From Tubiluchus corallicola (taxonomy: Eukaryota > Animalia > Priapulida), in NCBI GenBank assembly GCA_030141605.1, contig JAQGDQ010000556.1, forward strand, positions 62,001 to 126,000: 64,000 nucleotides of DNA, given 5' to 3'. Positions 25,425 through 38,900 of the stretch are shown piece after piece. Positions within the stretch are counted from its first letter, which is position 1. Each line of letters starts with the position of its first letter. A program made the position numbers and the translations under genes. Below the pieces are notes generated by a model. It did no database searches, was not told the DNA's origin, and saw only the letters and a program-made list of their open reading frames with translations.

Positions 25425-26297
25425 TATATATATATATATATACCAAGAATATTAATATAAGAGATAAATAAAATTGAATTTAATTAAGTTGCATTTGTAT
25501 TAACGTGTGTTTGTTCATTTATACCTAATTTTTTTTGCGATTTGAAGTCGCTTGCCCAGAGAAAATGTAAAGGCGAGACCTGTGTACAAGGATATGATTC
25601 AGCTACTAATGACAGCATAATCACCGAAGCCGACGATAGTTATAACTATGGGATAAATTATTGTTAAACTCGGTGCCGCACAGCTGAGTCTGAGTGAATG
25701 CAGTAGACTTTTGAGTAAAGATGTCATTCCGTGAAATAGTTGCATCCTATTGATTGATAATTTTTGGGAGGCGATTTTAAGGTGAAATTTTTGGAGTCGA
25801 CTTTTACTTACGACATATTTTTGGGAGATGTCGCTAAAGAGACGTCTGCAATGCGAATATGTAAAGAAATAATCCTTCATTATACGCTGGACTGAATGAA
25901 CACTCATACTGTGATACTTCACATAAGAGAATGTTCGCGTCTTGACATTACATCACAAAATTAACAAATATTACTGTAATTTATTTTAATGTATGGAAAA
26001 TTAAGCTAAGATTTATCTATTACCGGTAAATAAACTAGCGACGAAACACTCGATCAGAACATGGAAATCGTCAATGTTGTGCAGGTGCTGCCGCCTGTCG
26101 GCTTCCGTGGGAAGTTTTACACTGGCCTTGTATACGCGTGTCTTATTGACAAAATATCAATTACCAGCATACAAGCATATATAAAACACAACTACGCAGA
26201 GGTTTTAATTTTAGTAAATTATTTTTTTCTTCAAATGGGACGGTCAGTTTCTTCAAATATGACATCATTTACTCTGGAAGATCTTTAATATTTTATG

Positions 26298-26592
26298 GTC
26301 GACTTGTACACAGGTAATATATAAAATGATGCAATTTTTGGTCCTAAAATGCACATCGACTTGTACATAAAGTCGACTTGTACACAGGTAATATATAAAA
26401 TGATGCAATTTTTGGTCTTAAAATGCACATCAGCTTGTACACAGGTAATATATAAAATTATGCGGTTTTTGGTCTTAAAATGCACATCGGCGTGTACATA
26501 AGGTCGACTTGTACACAGGTAATATATAAAATGATGCAATTTTTGGTCTTAAAATGCACATCAATTTGTACATAAGATCAGCTTGTACACAC
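26298..26592. repeat. ~57-75-bp tandem repeat, ~4-5 copies
   Basis: Unit gacttgtacacaggtaatatataaaatgatgcaatttttggtcttaaaatgcacatc. Confidence 0.9.
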
Positions 26593-26877
26593 GTGTATAC
26601 AGTAGTTCCATGTCACCGTGGGGAGATAGATAACATGCAGAACAGAACGCATTGGTCAAGTTTGTGCGTAGCCTTATTGCACTGCTGTGAAAATCCTTCC
26701 CGGAACCTTCCGAAGAAATTATGCATAACATTGTACAACTGTTCCAACTATCGAACATTTTACGCACAAAGTTTGTTCGCTCTTTGTAACTGTTTAGAAA
26801 TACGGTGGTTATTTTCAAAGAAACTCAGTGATTATTCTTTTTGTAGAAAATTTCATTGAATAGCTCAAAATCCAGTT

Positions 26878-26950
26878 ATGTACGCACAGTGGACCCAGTG
26901 GCCTCTCAGTTTACAAGCTCAAACTTATCAGAATGTGCCGCATGAACAAG
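26878..26950 (+). CDS. PNISR: PNISR coding exon 1
   Basis: MYAQWTQWPLSLQAQTYQNVPHEQ, donor aag|gtaatt, phase 1 into (V)DWAALAQQW. Confidence 0.88.
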
Positions 26951-29900
26951 GTAATTAGGTGAAATTACTTACTTCTGAACTTCTTTCTAATTCACTGAAT
27001 TTCTTTCTAATTCATTTCTTTTCTCTATCTCTGTCTATTATTTTATCCTAACTACTCCCTGTTTTTCTATAATTCTCTCTCTTGTAAATTAAGTCGTTTT
27101 TTTCACTTTTCATGGTGGTCTTACAAGCTTTGCTTCTTGACCACCATGCAGCATCTATTTCTTGTTGACAAACTATTATATGTACTTTAGTAACTATGTT
27201 AGTACACTTCTGTTAAATTTTTGTAATTATATTTGGAATTTTTCCCTAACTATATCATGCTATAGTATACTAATGTAGTTCTGTTACAATTATTGTAACT
27301 ATATTTCATTTTCTAGTTATAAGGTATAATAGTTAAAGATAATAATGCAAATTGTAATGGAAAAATACATGCTGAAGTGATAATTAATTACAAAAATTAC
27401 TTATGGGTAAAAGCATAGTCAACACCCTTTTTGGATTTTTATTGATAGAAATAAATGATGGCAAAACATCTCTTGAGTTATTATTACCAAACATGTTTGA
27501 AATTGTTACTTCACATAAATAACCTTAATTTCCAGGTCACTGAAGCACTGTTGCAGCTAGTAATCTTGTCTGAAAAATAAACTGTGCAAAATTTTGACAA
27601 GAAACTCATTTTAACAGTTTGTAAGATTGGCTGTTTTCCTGATTTGAACAGGACGTGTTAAATTTTGTGATCTGAAGTGGAGAAAAATGTGGTTTGATTA
27701 AAATGGCCATTACTCTGTAATCTTTCATCTAATTTATAAAACAAGTATGATTTTATCATCTATATGAATGGACGTTTCATTTGCTGTATTGCACACACAT
27801 CTATGTGAACATTTTTTCTGCGTCACGGGGGCTACTTCTATACTTCTCGGGGTGTTCATTGCGCTTTTGCTCCTACAATTATCACTAATACGAATGGCGT
27901 TCTGCTGTCATGTTGTGTTATGTTATGTTACCTTTTACTTCAATATGAGATAGCGAAAATTGCGCTCATCTACTTGCCCTGCAATTAATCTATATAATTA
28001 CACATTTATTATAATGTAGGTTTGTATATAAATAATGTTTCTTGTTAATAAATAAATAAATATTGTATATAAATAATCTTTGTATGTCACACGCTCGCAC
28101 ACACACAACAAGTAATTGCATACGGTGCTTCATATATAAATAATCAATACAGCAGTAGATATTAGCAGGACTGAACTGCCAGCCTAGGGCATCGTAACGT
28201 CTTAATACACAACAAGTAATTGCATACGGTGCTTCATATATAAATAATCAATACAGCAGTAGATATTTGCAGGACTGAACTGCCACCCTAAGACTCCGGT
28301 TTAGTGATGTGAAAATCTCGCGAATATCACCATTTTCGAATGCAAATCAGATATCTGGAGCAACAGTAATTGATACTTTTAAGCCTAGTTTCTAAGTGTC
28401 GATATTGGCAAGTTAATTTTCGGTATCGTCCCACAATTCATAATGTTTCCTAACTGATGCCGTTTATGTGTTTTATTATTGTAGTTGATTGGGCGGCACT
28501 TGCACAGCAGTGGATCGCACAGAAAGAAGCCGCAAGTGTCCCAACTGTGCCTATCAACGCGGAACTGCACGAGGAAAATGCGCACGTGGCTCCCCCTCCG
28601 ACAGCAACTTCTGGTATTCAGGGTTTTGTATACAACTACAGTGCAGGTACTGAAAGCCGTTCTTGTCAAAAAGACTTCACTTTGATGTTGGTGGACTGTG
28701 TTGTGGTCTAACTTTGGTTAATATTTGTAGCTTTTCGCTTGAAGATATATTGTGTGAAAGAACTTCTTGTTTTGCTTTGGAAAACTATAGAAGCATTTGC
28801 GAGAAATTTTATACATGCAGCTTATCTATATTGACTGTTGTTGTCTTTCAGATCCGAATTTCATACAACATGGTGCAATGGGTTACGGAGGATGGGCTGG
28901 CGGTAACTGGAGCGGACCCGGTGGGTGGAACGTGCCGCCCAGTGTGGTTCAACCCCCCATGCCTCCCATTGAGAAAGCTGTTATAGATTATGGACACACG
29001 CCGACTCAAACGTTTGAACATGATCACGGCAACCAGTTCAGTCATCCCGCTGAGCCGATTGATTATAACCATGGCAACAGCAGTGATGCATTCCAGTATG
29101 AACACCAGGTAAAAAATTGACTGTCCTGTATTTTGCCTTTCACTAACTGTATATCCCTAGATAGAGTTGATACAGGTAAGATACAGGTAAGATAGAGGTA
29201 AACTACAGGTAAGATACAGGTAAGATACAAGCAAAATACAGGTAAGATACAGGCAAAATACAGGTAAGTTACAATTAAAATACAGGTAAGATAGAGGTAA
29301 AGTACAGGTAAGATACAGGTAGAATACATGTAAAATACAGTCAAAATACAGGTAAGATACAAGCAAAATACAGGCAAAATACAGGTAAAATACAGGTAAG
29401 ATACAAGCAAAATACAGGTAAGAGACAGGTAAAATACGGGTAAGATACAAGCAAAATACAGGTAAGAGACAGGCAAAATACAGGTAAGATACAGGTAAAA
29501 TACAGGTAAGATACAAGCAAAATACAGGTAAGAGACAGGTAAAATACAGGTAAGAGACAAGTAAGATACATTTAAAATACAGGTAAGTTACAGGTAAGAT
29601 ACAAGCAAAATACAGGTAAGTTACAGGTAAAATACAGGTAAGATACAAGCAAAATACAGGTAAGATACAAGCAAAATACAGGTAAGTTACTGGTAAAATA
29701 CAGGTAAGAGACAAGTAAAATACAGGTAAGATACAGGTAAAATACAGGTAAGATACATTTAAAATACAGGTAAGTTACAGGTAAAATACAGGTAAGATAC
29801 AAGCAAAATACAGGTAAGTTACTGGTAAAATATAGATTCATACAGTGAAGGTGCAGAGTTTATACAAATTTTTTGTTAATCATATTCTTTTCGAAAAGCA

Positions 29901-32900
29901 AGCCAAGTGAGTGCTGTCTTTGCTTTTATTGATCCTGTGTGTTGCAATCATAAGTTGCTACCAATGCATCATCATCAGAACTGACGTAAATTTGCCGACA
30001 TCTTTAGCACGGTTTTGCGGATTCTGTGAATTATGCGCCCGATGATTGGGGATCTCAGGACTCGATTCACCAACGAGAGAAGAGCAGGGATAGCAGACAT
30101 TTCCGGCATGGCAGAGGAGACAAGTCACATTTCGCCAATTCTGGTGACTCTCAAGTTCCTGAGTTTCCTGCAGACGTGCCAGTAATCGGTAAGCAACCTA
30201 TTTTGTTAATATTTTGTGGCTTTTACAACCACAATCAGCGATGAGAATTTTCCGCGGATACGCGAAATTCCGAGTTTTTGGAAGACCAGTAGTGCCATTT
30301 TTGTAAATTGCGTAAATTTGTTGAGAAAATTTTTACGGTACATTATTTCGCAAGCTGACTGCTAGGTGGCAGGCCGTCACTTTGTTTACATCACGTACAT
30401 CAGTGTAACCACGTGTATGTCTCTATGTATAAAATTATAGAATCACTTGTGCGGAGTTATTTGAGTCAATTGCAGACAGTTTTTATATACTTTTGCATAG
30501 GAGCGACCAGTACTTAGGCGTTTTTGATACAATTAGGTATCATGTATCCTTGATAGTTGGGTATTTTAAATGATGCATGAAACAAGGTAATTGATATTTT
30601 AAGTCCACTTAGAGGCTCTCTATGGTCACAAAATTCTACATGACATGTAAAACCTATACCAAAGACAAAAAATGGTACCGCTGGTTCTTCGAGGTTTTAT
30701 CGCAGTAATTGGGACCCCCTTGGAAATAAATACTGAGTTACTTGGGTTGTTATGCCAGGACCGCTGCCTAAACGAAATCATTATTATTATAATTTGTATT
30801 TCTGAGTCTCTGTGTTTGCGCCAGATGCTCAAAAGCGGAAACAGCTGCCACTGTGGATCAGGCAAGGTTTGGAAAAGATGGAAGAAGAGAAGAGGAAGAC
30901 CCTAGAAAAAGAAAGAAAGAAACAAGAACTTGAACAGAGGAAGCACCAGGACATGGAAATGTCGGACGACGAAGTCGAACATGATGATGAGAAGACGAAA
31001 AGGAAGAGCAGATTCGTAAGTAATCAGCTAGATGTCGGCACTAAAAGTTTTGTAAACAGATGAGATTTTTTAGGAAAAAGTGGGATTCGAGTTTGATTCG
31101 CTTTCCAAAAATATGTATATTGTGAGATTCGGATTTGCTCCGGATTCGAAAATTATTAGGAAAAACGGGATTCGAACTTGATGCTGCTTCAAAAGACACT
31201 TTATATTGTGAGATTCGGATTCGCTCTGGATTGGAAAATTATTGGGAAAAACGGGATTCAAATTTGATTTTGTTTCAAAATACACTTTATATTGTGAGAT
31301 TCGGATTCGCTCCTAATTGGAAAATTATTGGGAAAAACGGGATTGAAATTTGATTCGCTTTCAAAAGACACAATATATATTGTGAGTTTCGGATTTGCTC
31401 CGGATTGGGAAATTATTGGGAAAAACGGGATTTTGTTTCAAACGACACTTTATATTGTGAGTTTCGGATGTGCTCCAGACTGGAAAATTATTGGGAAAAA
31501 CGGGATTCGAATTTGATTAGGTTTTAAAAGACACTTTATATCAGGGGTGTGTAATTGCAAATCATCTGACCTACCGGACCACATTAAGCTTTCCTGTGGG
31601 CCACATACAAGGAGGCAAGAACAGTAGGACCTAAACAGTAAACACTGCAGAGTCGAAGCCAAGCCCTGGGTGACCTTGGGAATTTTAGCTAGATACTTAG
31701 TTTGGTTGCCGTAGCAACAGTTTACATGTATAAAGTTTGCTGTCATGTCTCACTTGATGTAAAGGCTAGCATTTAGTAATCAGCTAAACAGTGAGTCATT
31801 GAGTGCGGACCTAGCTAAAATATAAATAATAGCTTCATATTTTATTATATGTTTCATTTTCTATATAAAATTCATTACGTTTATTGTCGTTTTGGCAATA
31901 AGTGCATATGTATAGTATTATTTTGAATAGGAAAGTGAGGATGAGGAAAGCAGAAGTAACCATGGCGACAGCGAAGTAGACGAAAGTAAATCTGCGAGGC
32001 CGCGATCTCCGTCTCCCGTAAAAACGGAGGAGGAAAGGCAACAAGAATTGGTTTGTACTTCCACGTAGAACGCATGCAGTACCTGCATTTATTAACCCTT
32101 TCACTACGGAGGGCGGCACAGTGCCACCTATGTTTTTCATGCAAGGGACGAGAGGTGGTAGACTGCCGCCCGAGCTCAACACTAAGCGCAGTCATCCAGG
32201 TCTGTTTATTTTGCTGTTACGTCCATGCAAAAACATTGTAGAAAAGTTTAACAGCCGTGGGATTGGGGTTGGTTTGCAACAAGTAATGCTAACCAGCCAA
32301 TCAGCGTCTGAAGCCAGGTGCATTCCGCAATACTGTACTATATAGTATGTTCTCATGCAAAATTGCTTGTTGAGACTTGGTGAAACGTGTGTTTAGTTGA
32401 TTGTTCTGCATTCTTATAAAATAATTGCATATTGTGGATTAGTATTATGACTTTAGCTACTAATTACAACATTCTGTTTTAGTAACACACCACAAAAAGT
32501 TATTGCCAAATGTGCAAAAACCAAATCGGCATTGGCTAAAAAGCAACTACGTAGTGAAAGGGTTAATCTAGATCGATGCACGCTGAGTTCAGAAAATGTG
32601 TAATATGAAATATATTATTATTATTATGTATTTTATTTGAATCTAAAATGGATACGGCACATGTACAACGATGTTCATACACAACAAGTATATATACACA
32701 AAGATAATAGTTAGGAATATTATGAAATGATTAAAATGCTTCATGTAGTGGTTTCTTACAAGTTCAGGGATGAGAATTTTCCACGTATACGCGGAATTCC
32801 GAGTTTTTGGAAGACCAGTAGTGTCATTTTTGTAAATCGCATAAATTCGTTGAGAAAATTTTTACGGACCCAGTACATTATTTCACAAGCTGACCGCTAG

Positions 32901-35900
32901 TTGGCAGGCCATCACTTTGTTTACATCACGTACATCAGTGTAACCACGTGTATATCTCTATGTATAAAAATATAGAATCAATTGTGCGGAGTTATTTGAG
33001 TCAATTGCAGACAGTTTTTATATACTTTTGCATAGAAGCGGCCAGTACTTAGGCGTTTTTGAGACAATTAGGTATCATGTATCCTTCATAGTTGGGTATT
33101 TGAAATTATGCGTGAAACAAGGTAGTTGATATTTTAAGTCCACTTAGAGGCTCTATGTGGTCATAAAATTGCAATTTGTTGCTGGCTGTGCGGCCCCCAA
33201 ACCGCGGCCTGTTTCAGGGTTTTTTGCAATTTGTCATTCTTATCCCTGCAAGATCATAAAATGATTTCTTGATAGGACGCCTCATGTTGCAATTAAATGT
33301 ACAAAGTGCAACCGTATTTCGATCTTAAGTTAAAATCGCTGTGTTAAATAAATGCAACAATTTTGGTATAAATATCTGACTCGAATTCTGTAGTTTTCTC
33401 GAAAAGTTAAGCCTTCGACTGTAGATTATGAAATTTGACAGCAGAGTCCCACAGTAATATATGAGTAGTTTGATATTTTCACTTTGTCTACACTTAAAGG
33501 AAGACAGGATGATTTTTCTTATACTATCGTATTGTCAAGTCCGATAAAAAGTATGCATTTTAACACGATTAATCCCGCAATAGCGTTTCTGATAATTAAA
33601 TAATTGATTAAAACTTAATTAACGGCTGGCGAGCCTAACTATTGATGATATCACAAACTAACATAATTTTCTACGAGCGTGTTGCACGTGTTTGCGAAAG
33701 CGAAAATTGAAGTACACTGCTACTGTAAGACATTCGGTGTGTTGTACTAAAACTAGGCAAGTTTTAAGATAAAAAATTCAGATTTCAATTTTACTGCTGT
33801 GCTCACTCATGAGCTGTCGAACGTGTGTGGCTCATCACAACTAACACTCCGAACTGAGAGGTACAGCACCTGTTTTTTGTGCAGCGTCATGTCTAACTAA
33901 TGACGAAATGCATGTAACAGCGAAGAACTAGTGGTGCGAATGCGAAATTGTGTTTGTGTGGTAACAATTCTTTCACAAAAGTCATTTCACAAATTTTCAT
34001 TAAGAAAATAGTATATTTTCTTTCAATATTTTAAACAGTAGATTGATTTGACCTATATTTTAAGATTGAGTCCGGTTTTGCTTTAAAATTTTTTCTAAAA
34101 ACAGTGTTCCGCGATATGTAAGTCTGACCTGCTAATAGCACCAATTTCACAAGCATATAACAAGATAGGTAAACTATAGAGGTGGTTTGAAATTTAGTTT
34201 CAAGATTTTATTCTGAAATGTGTACATAAACTGTGAAGTAGTGTCATGCTGAAAAGCAGAAAACCAAGTGACCAGAACTACAGGTGAAATCATTTAGGTG
34301 TGAAAACAGGTTTAGAGATTATGCATTCATAAAGACTGTAGAAGCCAATGAAAATTTAAACCGTAAAGAGAAAGATTTAGCAATTTTAACAAGAACGCCT
34401 GAAGGTGGCAGCACTATGCAAAACTCAAAAAAGTATGATGACAATGCAACATAAATTCAAATTTAGAGTAATTAAAATGATTTTCTTCTGTCCAAGAGGC
34501 ACATTAATTTTTTTGCCACTGTTTCAGTACGGTTCATTAAAAAAGAAACTCGTTATGTGAAATGCGTCATAAAGAAGCGAAATTTGAAGAGTTTTTCTTT
34601 GTCAGATAATGAAGACGCGTCGAATGATGACCGAAGTATTATTGACTGTAACAGAAGAATTAATTCATGATATCTCTAGGGAAGTATATAAGCGAGCGCT
34701 GACGAAAGGTAAGCGTTCGTCTATTCCCTATGTGTTTTGTTATAATGATCTATTTGACCGCCAGCTAAATTATGCCTCTCAGAACCATTGTTTCCAAATA
34801 TTAGATCTACACATACTAATATGTACTTGTATAATGATAGGGATAACAGTCAGGGGCGTATTAACCTATAGACTGACTAGGCTGTAGCCTAGGGCGCGAA
34901 TTTTTAGGGGGACATATTTTAGAAAAAAATCTTATTCTCCTCATAAAATTTGTACAATTCCATATTCTTGTGAAGGGTGCATTTTATAACACACCACAGG
35001 CAGTTAATGAGAGCAGGTTGTATGGAAGTGCCACATAACGAACAGGTGCAAGGTATTACACAACCAGCAGTTGTATAGCTTTATTTGAATATAAACGAAT
35101 ACTATGCAAATACATGTAATTAATAATGACCACGTAGGAACTAGGTTAATACTGTTTCTAATACACCACAAATAATTGTTTAAAATCTGCTCATTACATA
35201 AATAACGATGAATTCACAATAGAGTTGGGCGGGACAAAACAATCAGCCTAGGGTAGCGTAAAATCTTGATCCACCTCTGATAACAATACCTGTATGATGA
35301 TAATGATATGCCTGGATCCTTGATCCACCTCTGATAACAATACCTGTATGATGATAATGATATGCCTGGATCCTTGATCCACCTCTGATAACAATACCTG
35401 TATGATGATAATGATACACCTGGATCCTTGATCCACCTCTGATAACAATACCTGTATGATGATAATGATACACCTGGATCCTTGATCCACCTGTGATAAC
35501 AATACCTGTATGATGATAATGATACACCTGGATCCTTGATCCACCTCTGATAACAATACCTGTATGATGATAATGATACACCTGGATCCTTGATCCACCT
35601 GTGATAACAATACCTGTATGATGATAATGATACACCTGGATCCTTGATCCACCTCTGATAACAATACCTGTATGATGATAATGATACACCTGGATCCTTG
35701 ATCCACCTGTGATAACAATACCTGTATGATGATAATGAACGCCTGGATACTTGATACACCTCTGATACCAATACCTGTATGATGATAATGATACGCCTGG
35801 ATCCTTGATCCACCTCCGATAACAATACCTGTATGATGATAATTATATGCCTGGATCGTTGATCCACTTTTCAATCAAAGAATGTTTGAGTCAGCTTATT

Positions 35901-38900
35901 GATTAAACTCTTGGGTAGGTATTAAAATCATTACGTGAATTTTAACTTTTACGTACAATAAAGGATGTGCTAAAAATTGTGATATCAGATGTAATATTTG
36001 CCTTTGTTTTGGTTTGTATCATTATTTTTCACTTCGACGCCATTTTGCATGTTCACGTCTTTAAGTTATTTATAAATCTTGTAGCTGTTTCTGCTTTGTA
36101 CAAAGTTGTTGACATGTTCACTGTTATTCTGTCCAATATATGGTTTGCGTTCTTTATCTAATACGTTATGTAGAAAAGTGGTGATCACTTAAGAGATTTT
36201 AAGTGGTCACAGAAGAGATTTTAAGTGATCACAGAAGAGATCACATATGTGGTTAGCCGCTCGTTATCATCCACGATGAAGATTTTAGGCAGGTTTAGAG
36301 ATGTGTTTCCATTTCTATGAGGAAGTAGTCCATAATGCCGGGCCAAACTTTTGTTACATTTCACCAGGATCTAGACAGATTCTCGTTGCGACATTTTCAG
36401 AATTCACTGTCTAGTTCAAGAACAGTGAATTATAGTTATTGAAACAGTGAAGATTATGAGAATTAATCACTATCAGTACTAATGTCATTTTTGAGAGCGA
36501 GGCGTAACATTTCCCGATTCGGTTTCTGAGCCATTTAGAATTTTGTTGATTCTTATTTTTGCCAGTGAACTAGAATCATCATTTCCGTCATCAAGAAGTC
36601 TTTGAGGCAAGAATTGCTCTAAATTTACATGAAACGGGGAAAATTTTACTGATAACTTGACAAATCGGTCCGTCAAGAGGTGCATCACAAGAATTGCTCT
36701 AAATTTATTTGAAACAGGAAAAATTTTACTGATAACTTGACAAATTGGTTCGTCAAGCAGTGTATCACATGCATTTGACACTGTTCGTCAAGAAGTGTGT
36801 CGCATGCATTTGACACTGTTCGTCAAGAAGTGTATCACATGCATTTGACACTGTTTGTCAAGCAGTGTATCACATGCATTTGACACTGTTTATCAGGAGG
36901 TGTATCACATGCATCACAAGAATTGCTCTAAATTTACGTGAAACAGGAAAAATTTTACTGATAACTTGACAAATTGGTTCGTCAAGCAGTGTATCACATG
37001 CATTTGACACTGTTCGTCAAGAAGTGTATCACATGCATTTGACACTGTTTGTCAAGAAGTGTATCACATGCATTTGACACTGTTCGTCAAGAAGTGTATC
37101 ACATGCATTTGACACTGTTTGTCAAGAAGTGTATCACATGCATTTGACACTGTTCGTCAAGAAGTGCATCACATGCATTTGACACTGTTCGTCAAGAAGT
37201 GCATCTCATGCATTTGACACTGTTCGTCAAGAAGTGTATCACATGCATTTGACACTGTTCGTCAAGAAGTGTATCACATGCATTTGACACTGTTCGTCAA
37301 GAAGTGTATCACATGCATTTGACACTGTTCGTCAAGAAGTGTATCTCATGCATTTGACACTGTTGTCAAGAAGTGTATCACATGCATTTGACACTGTTCG
37401 TCAAGAAGTGATCACATGCATTTGACACTGTTCGTCAAGAAGTGCGTCAAGAAGTGTATCCATGCATTTGACACTGTTCGTCAAGAAGTGTATCACATGC
37501 ATTTGACACTGTTCGTCAAGAAGTGTATCACATGCATTTGACACTGTTCGTCAAGAAGTGTATCACATGCATTTGACACTGTTCGTCAAGAAGTGTATCT
37601 CATGCATTTGACACTGTTCGTCAAGAAGTGTATCACATGCATTTGACACTGTTCGTCAAGAAGTGTATCACATGCATTTGACACTGTTCGTCAAGAAGTG
37701 TATCACATGCATTTGAGACAAGATTTGCTCTAAATTTATGCGAAACAGTCGTTTCCAAACTTTACGCCGTCTGCCTGGGAGTTTGCATTCTCGTTGGCTT
37801 GGCAACGAGGGTAGATCCCTACATTTTTATGTGCAACTCTGAATGGAAAGCGCAGTGTCAAACAACGCTTGGGAAGTAACTAAGTAAACTGGCAAATGCA
37901 AAATGGCCGCATACATGCTTGCACACGCCAGAGAGAGAAAATGTCATATTAGTGCTAGCATTTCTGTATTTTTTCAGCATTCAAGTAAAACCTGCTCTAA
38001 TCTAATTAGAATATAATTATCTAATTAGATTTGCGGTAACGGGCATTGTGCAAATGTTTAGGCAAATAGGTTCCGGGACTCGAGTCGAAATTTTGGCCCC
38101 GAGTGGGCCCCAAAATATCTGTTTCAGTGAATTTTTTGGAATAACGTTTGCAAACACATTCGAGAATCTGCCTACAATCTTTATCTTGCAAAACAGTTTA
38201 ACGTTCTGGTGATTTTCTTGTGTATTTTTGGATATTTTCTTATCCCCGGTAGTATGGTAAGAAGTTTTTCCGAGAGTTGTTGACAGTTGCCACCAGCTGT
38301 CAGCACTTTGGTTAAAGGAAAAGCACATTGATAAGTATGCTGTACATGTTCTCTTGCAGTACGTCTGTGCCGTTACAGCTCTTTTTTAGATTTTGCAAGT
38401 TTTTCAGCCGAAGGATTGTTTAGAAACCCTTTGCTCTGGAAATTAATAAAGTTTGTTGTTGTTGTATATAAAGTTCCGGCAAAGCAGCTCGCTCACACCT
38501 CTGCTTTGACGTCGATCACTGGCGCCATAGGTGAGTGTTTCTCGCGGCGCGTGAGTTGAAAACTGGTAGCAATAATCGCAATCGCATCACATTGCCGGCT
38601 CGGAAATTTATTTAAAGCAAAAGCCAAGTCTCTCGGGAAGCGGAACTCGATTTAATATTTGGGAAAAATGTGTTAGACAGTTTCAGCAATGAAATTGTGA
38701 TAGCATCTCGTGTAATTAGTAAAATTAATTTAAAGTCGCCGTCACTTCACGCTAGGGCGCGCTCATTTTAGACGAAAAATGGCGTCGTCCGGTTGCCGTG
38801 CAATATGAACACTTATCCCACCAGGTACTTCAGAATCTTCTTTTTAACTTATAGAGCGAACTCTCTAAACTAAGTAACCAGCCCGGCATCTACTGCGTGC

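Noticed and set aside
35214-35874. Three overlapping repeat ORFs
   Set aside because: A 54-bp satellite open in all three minus-strand frames, located in an intron.
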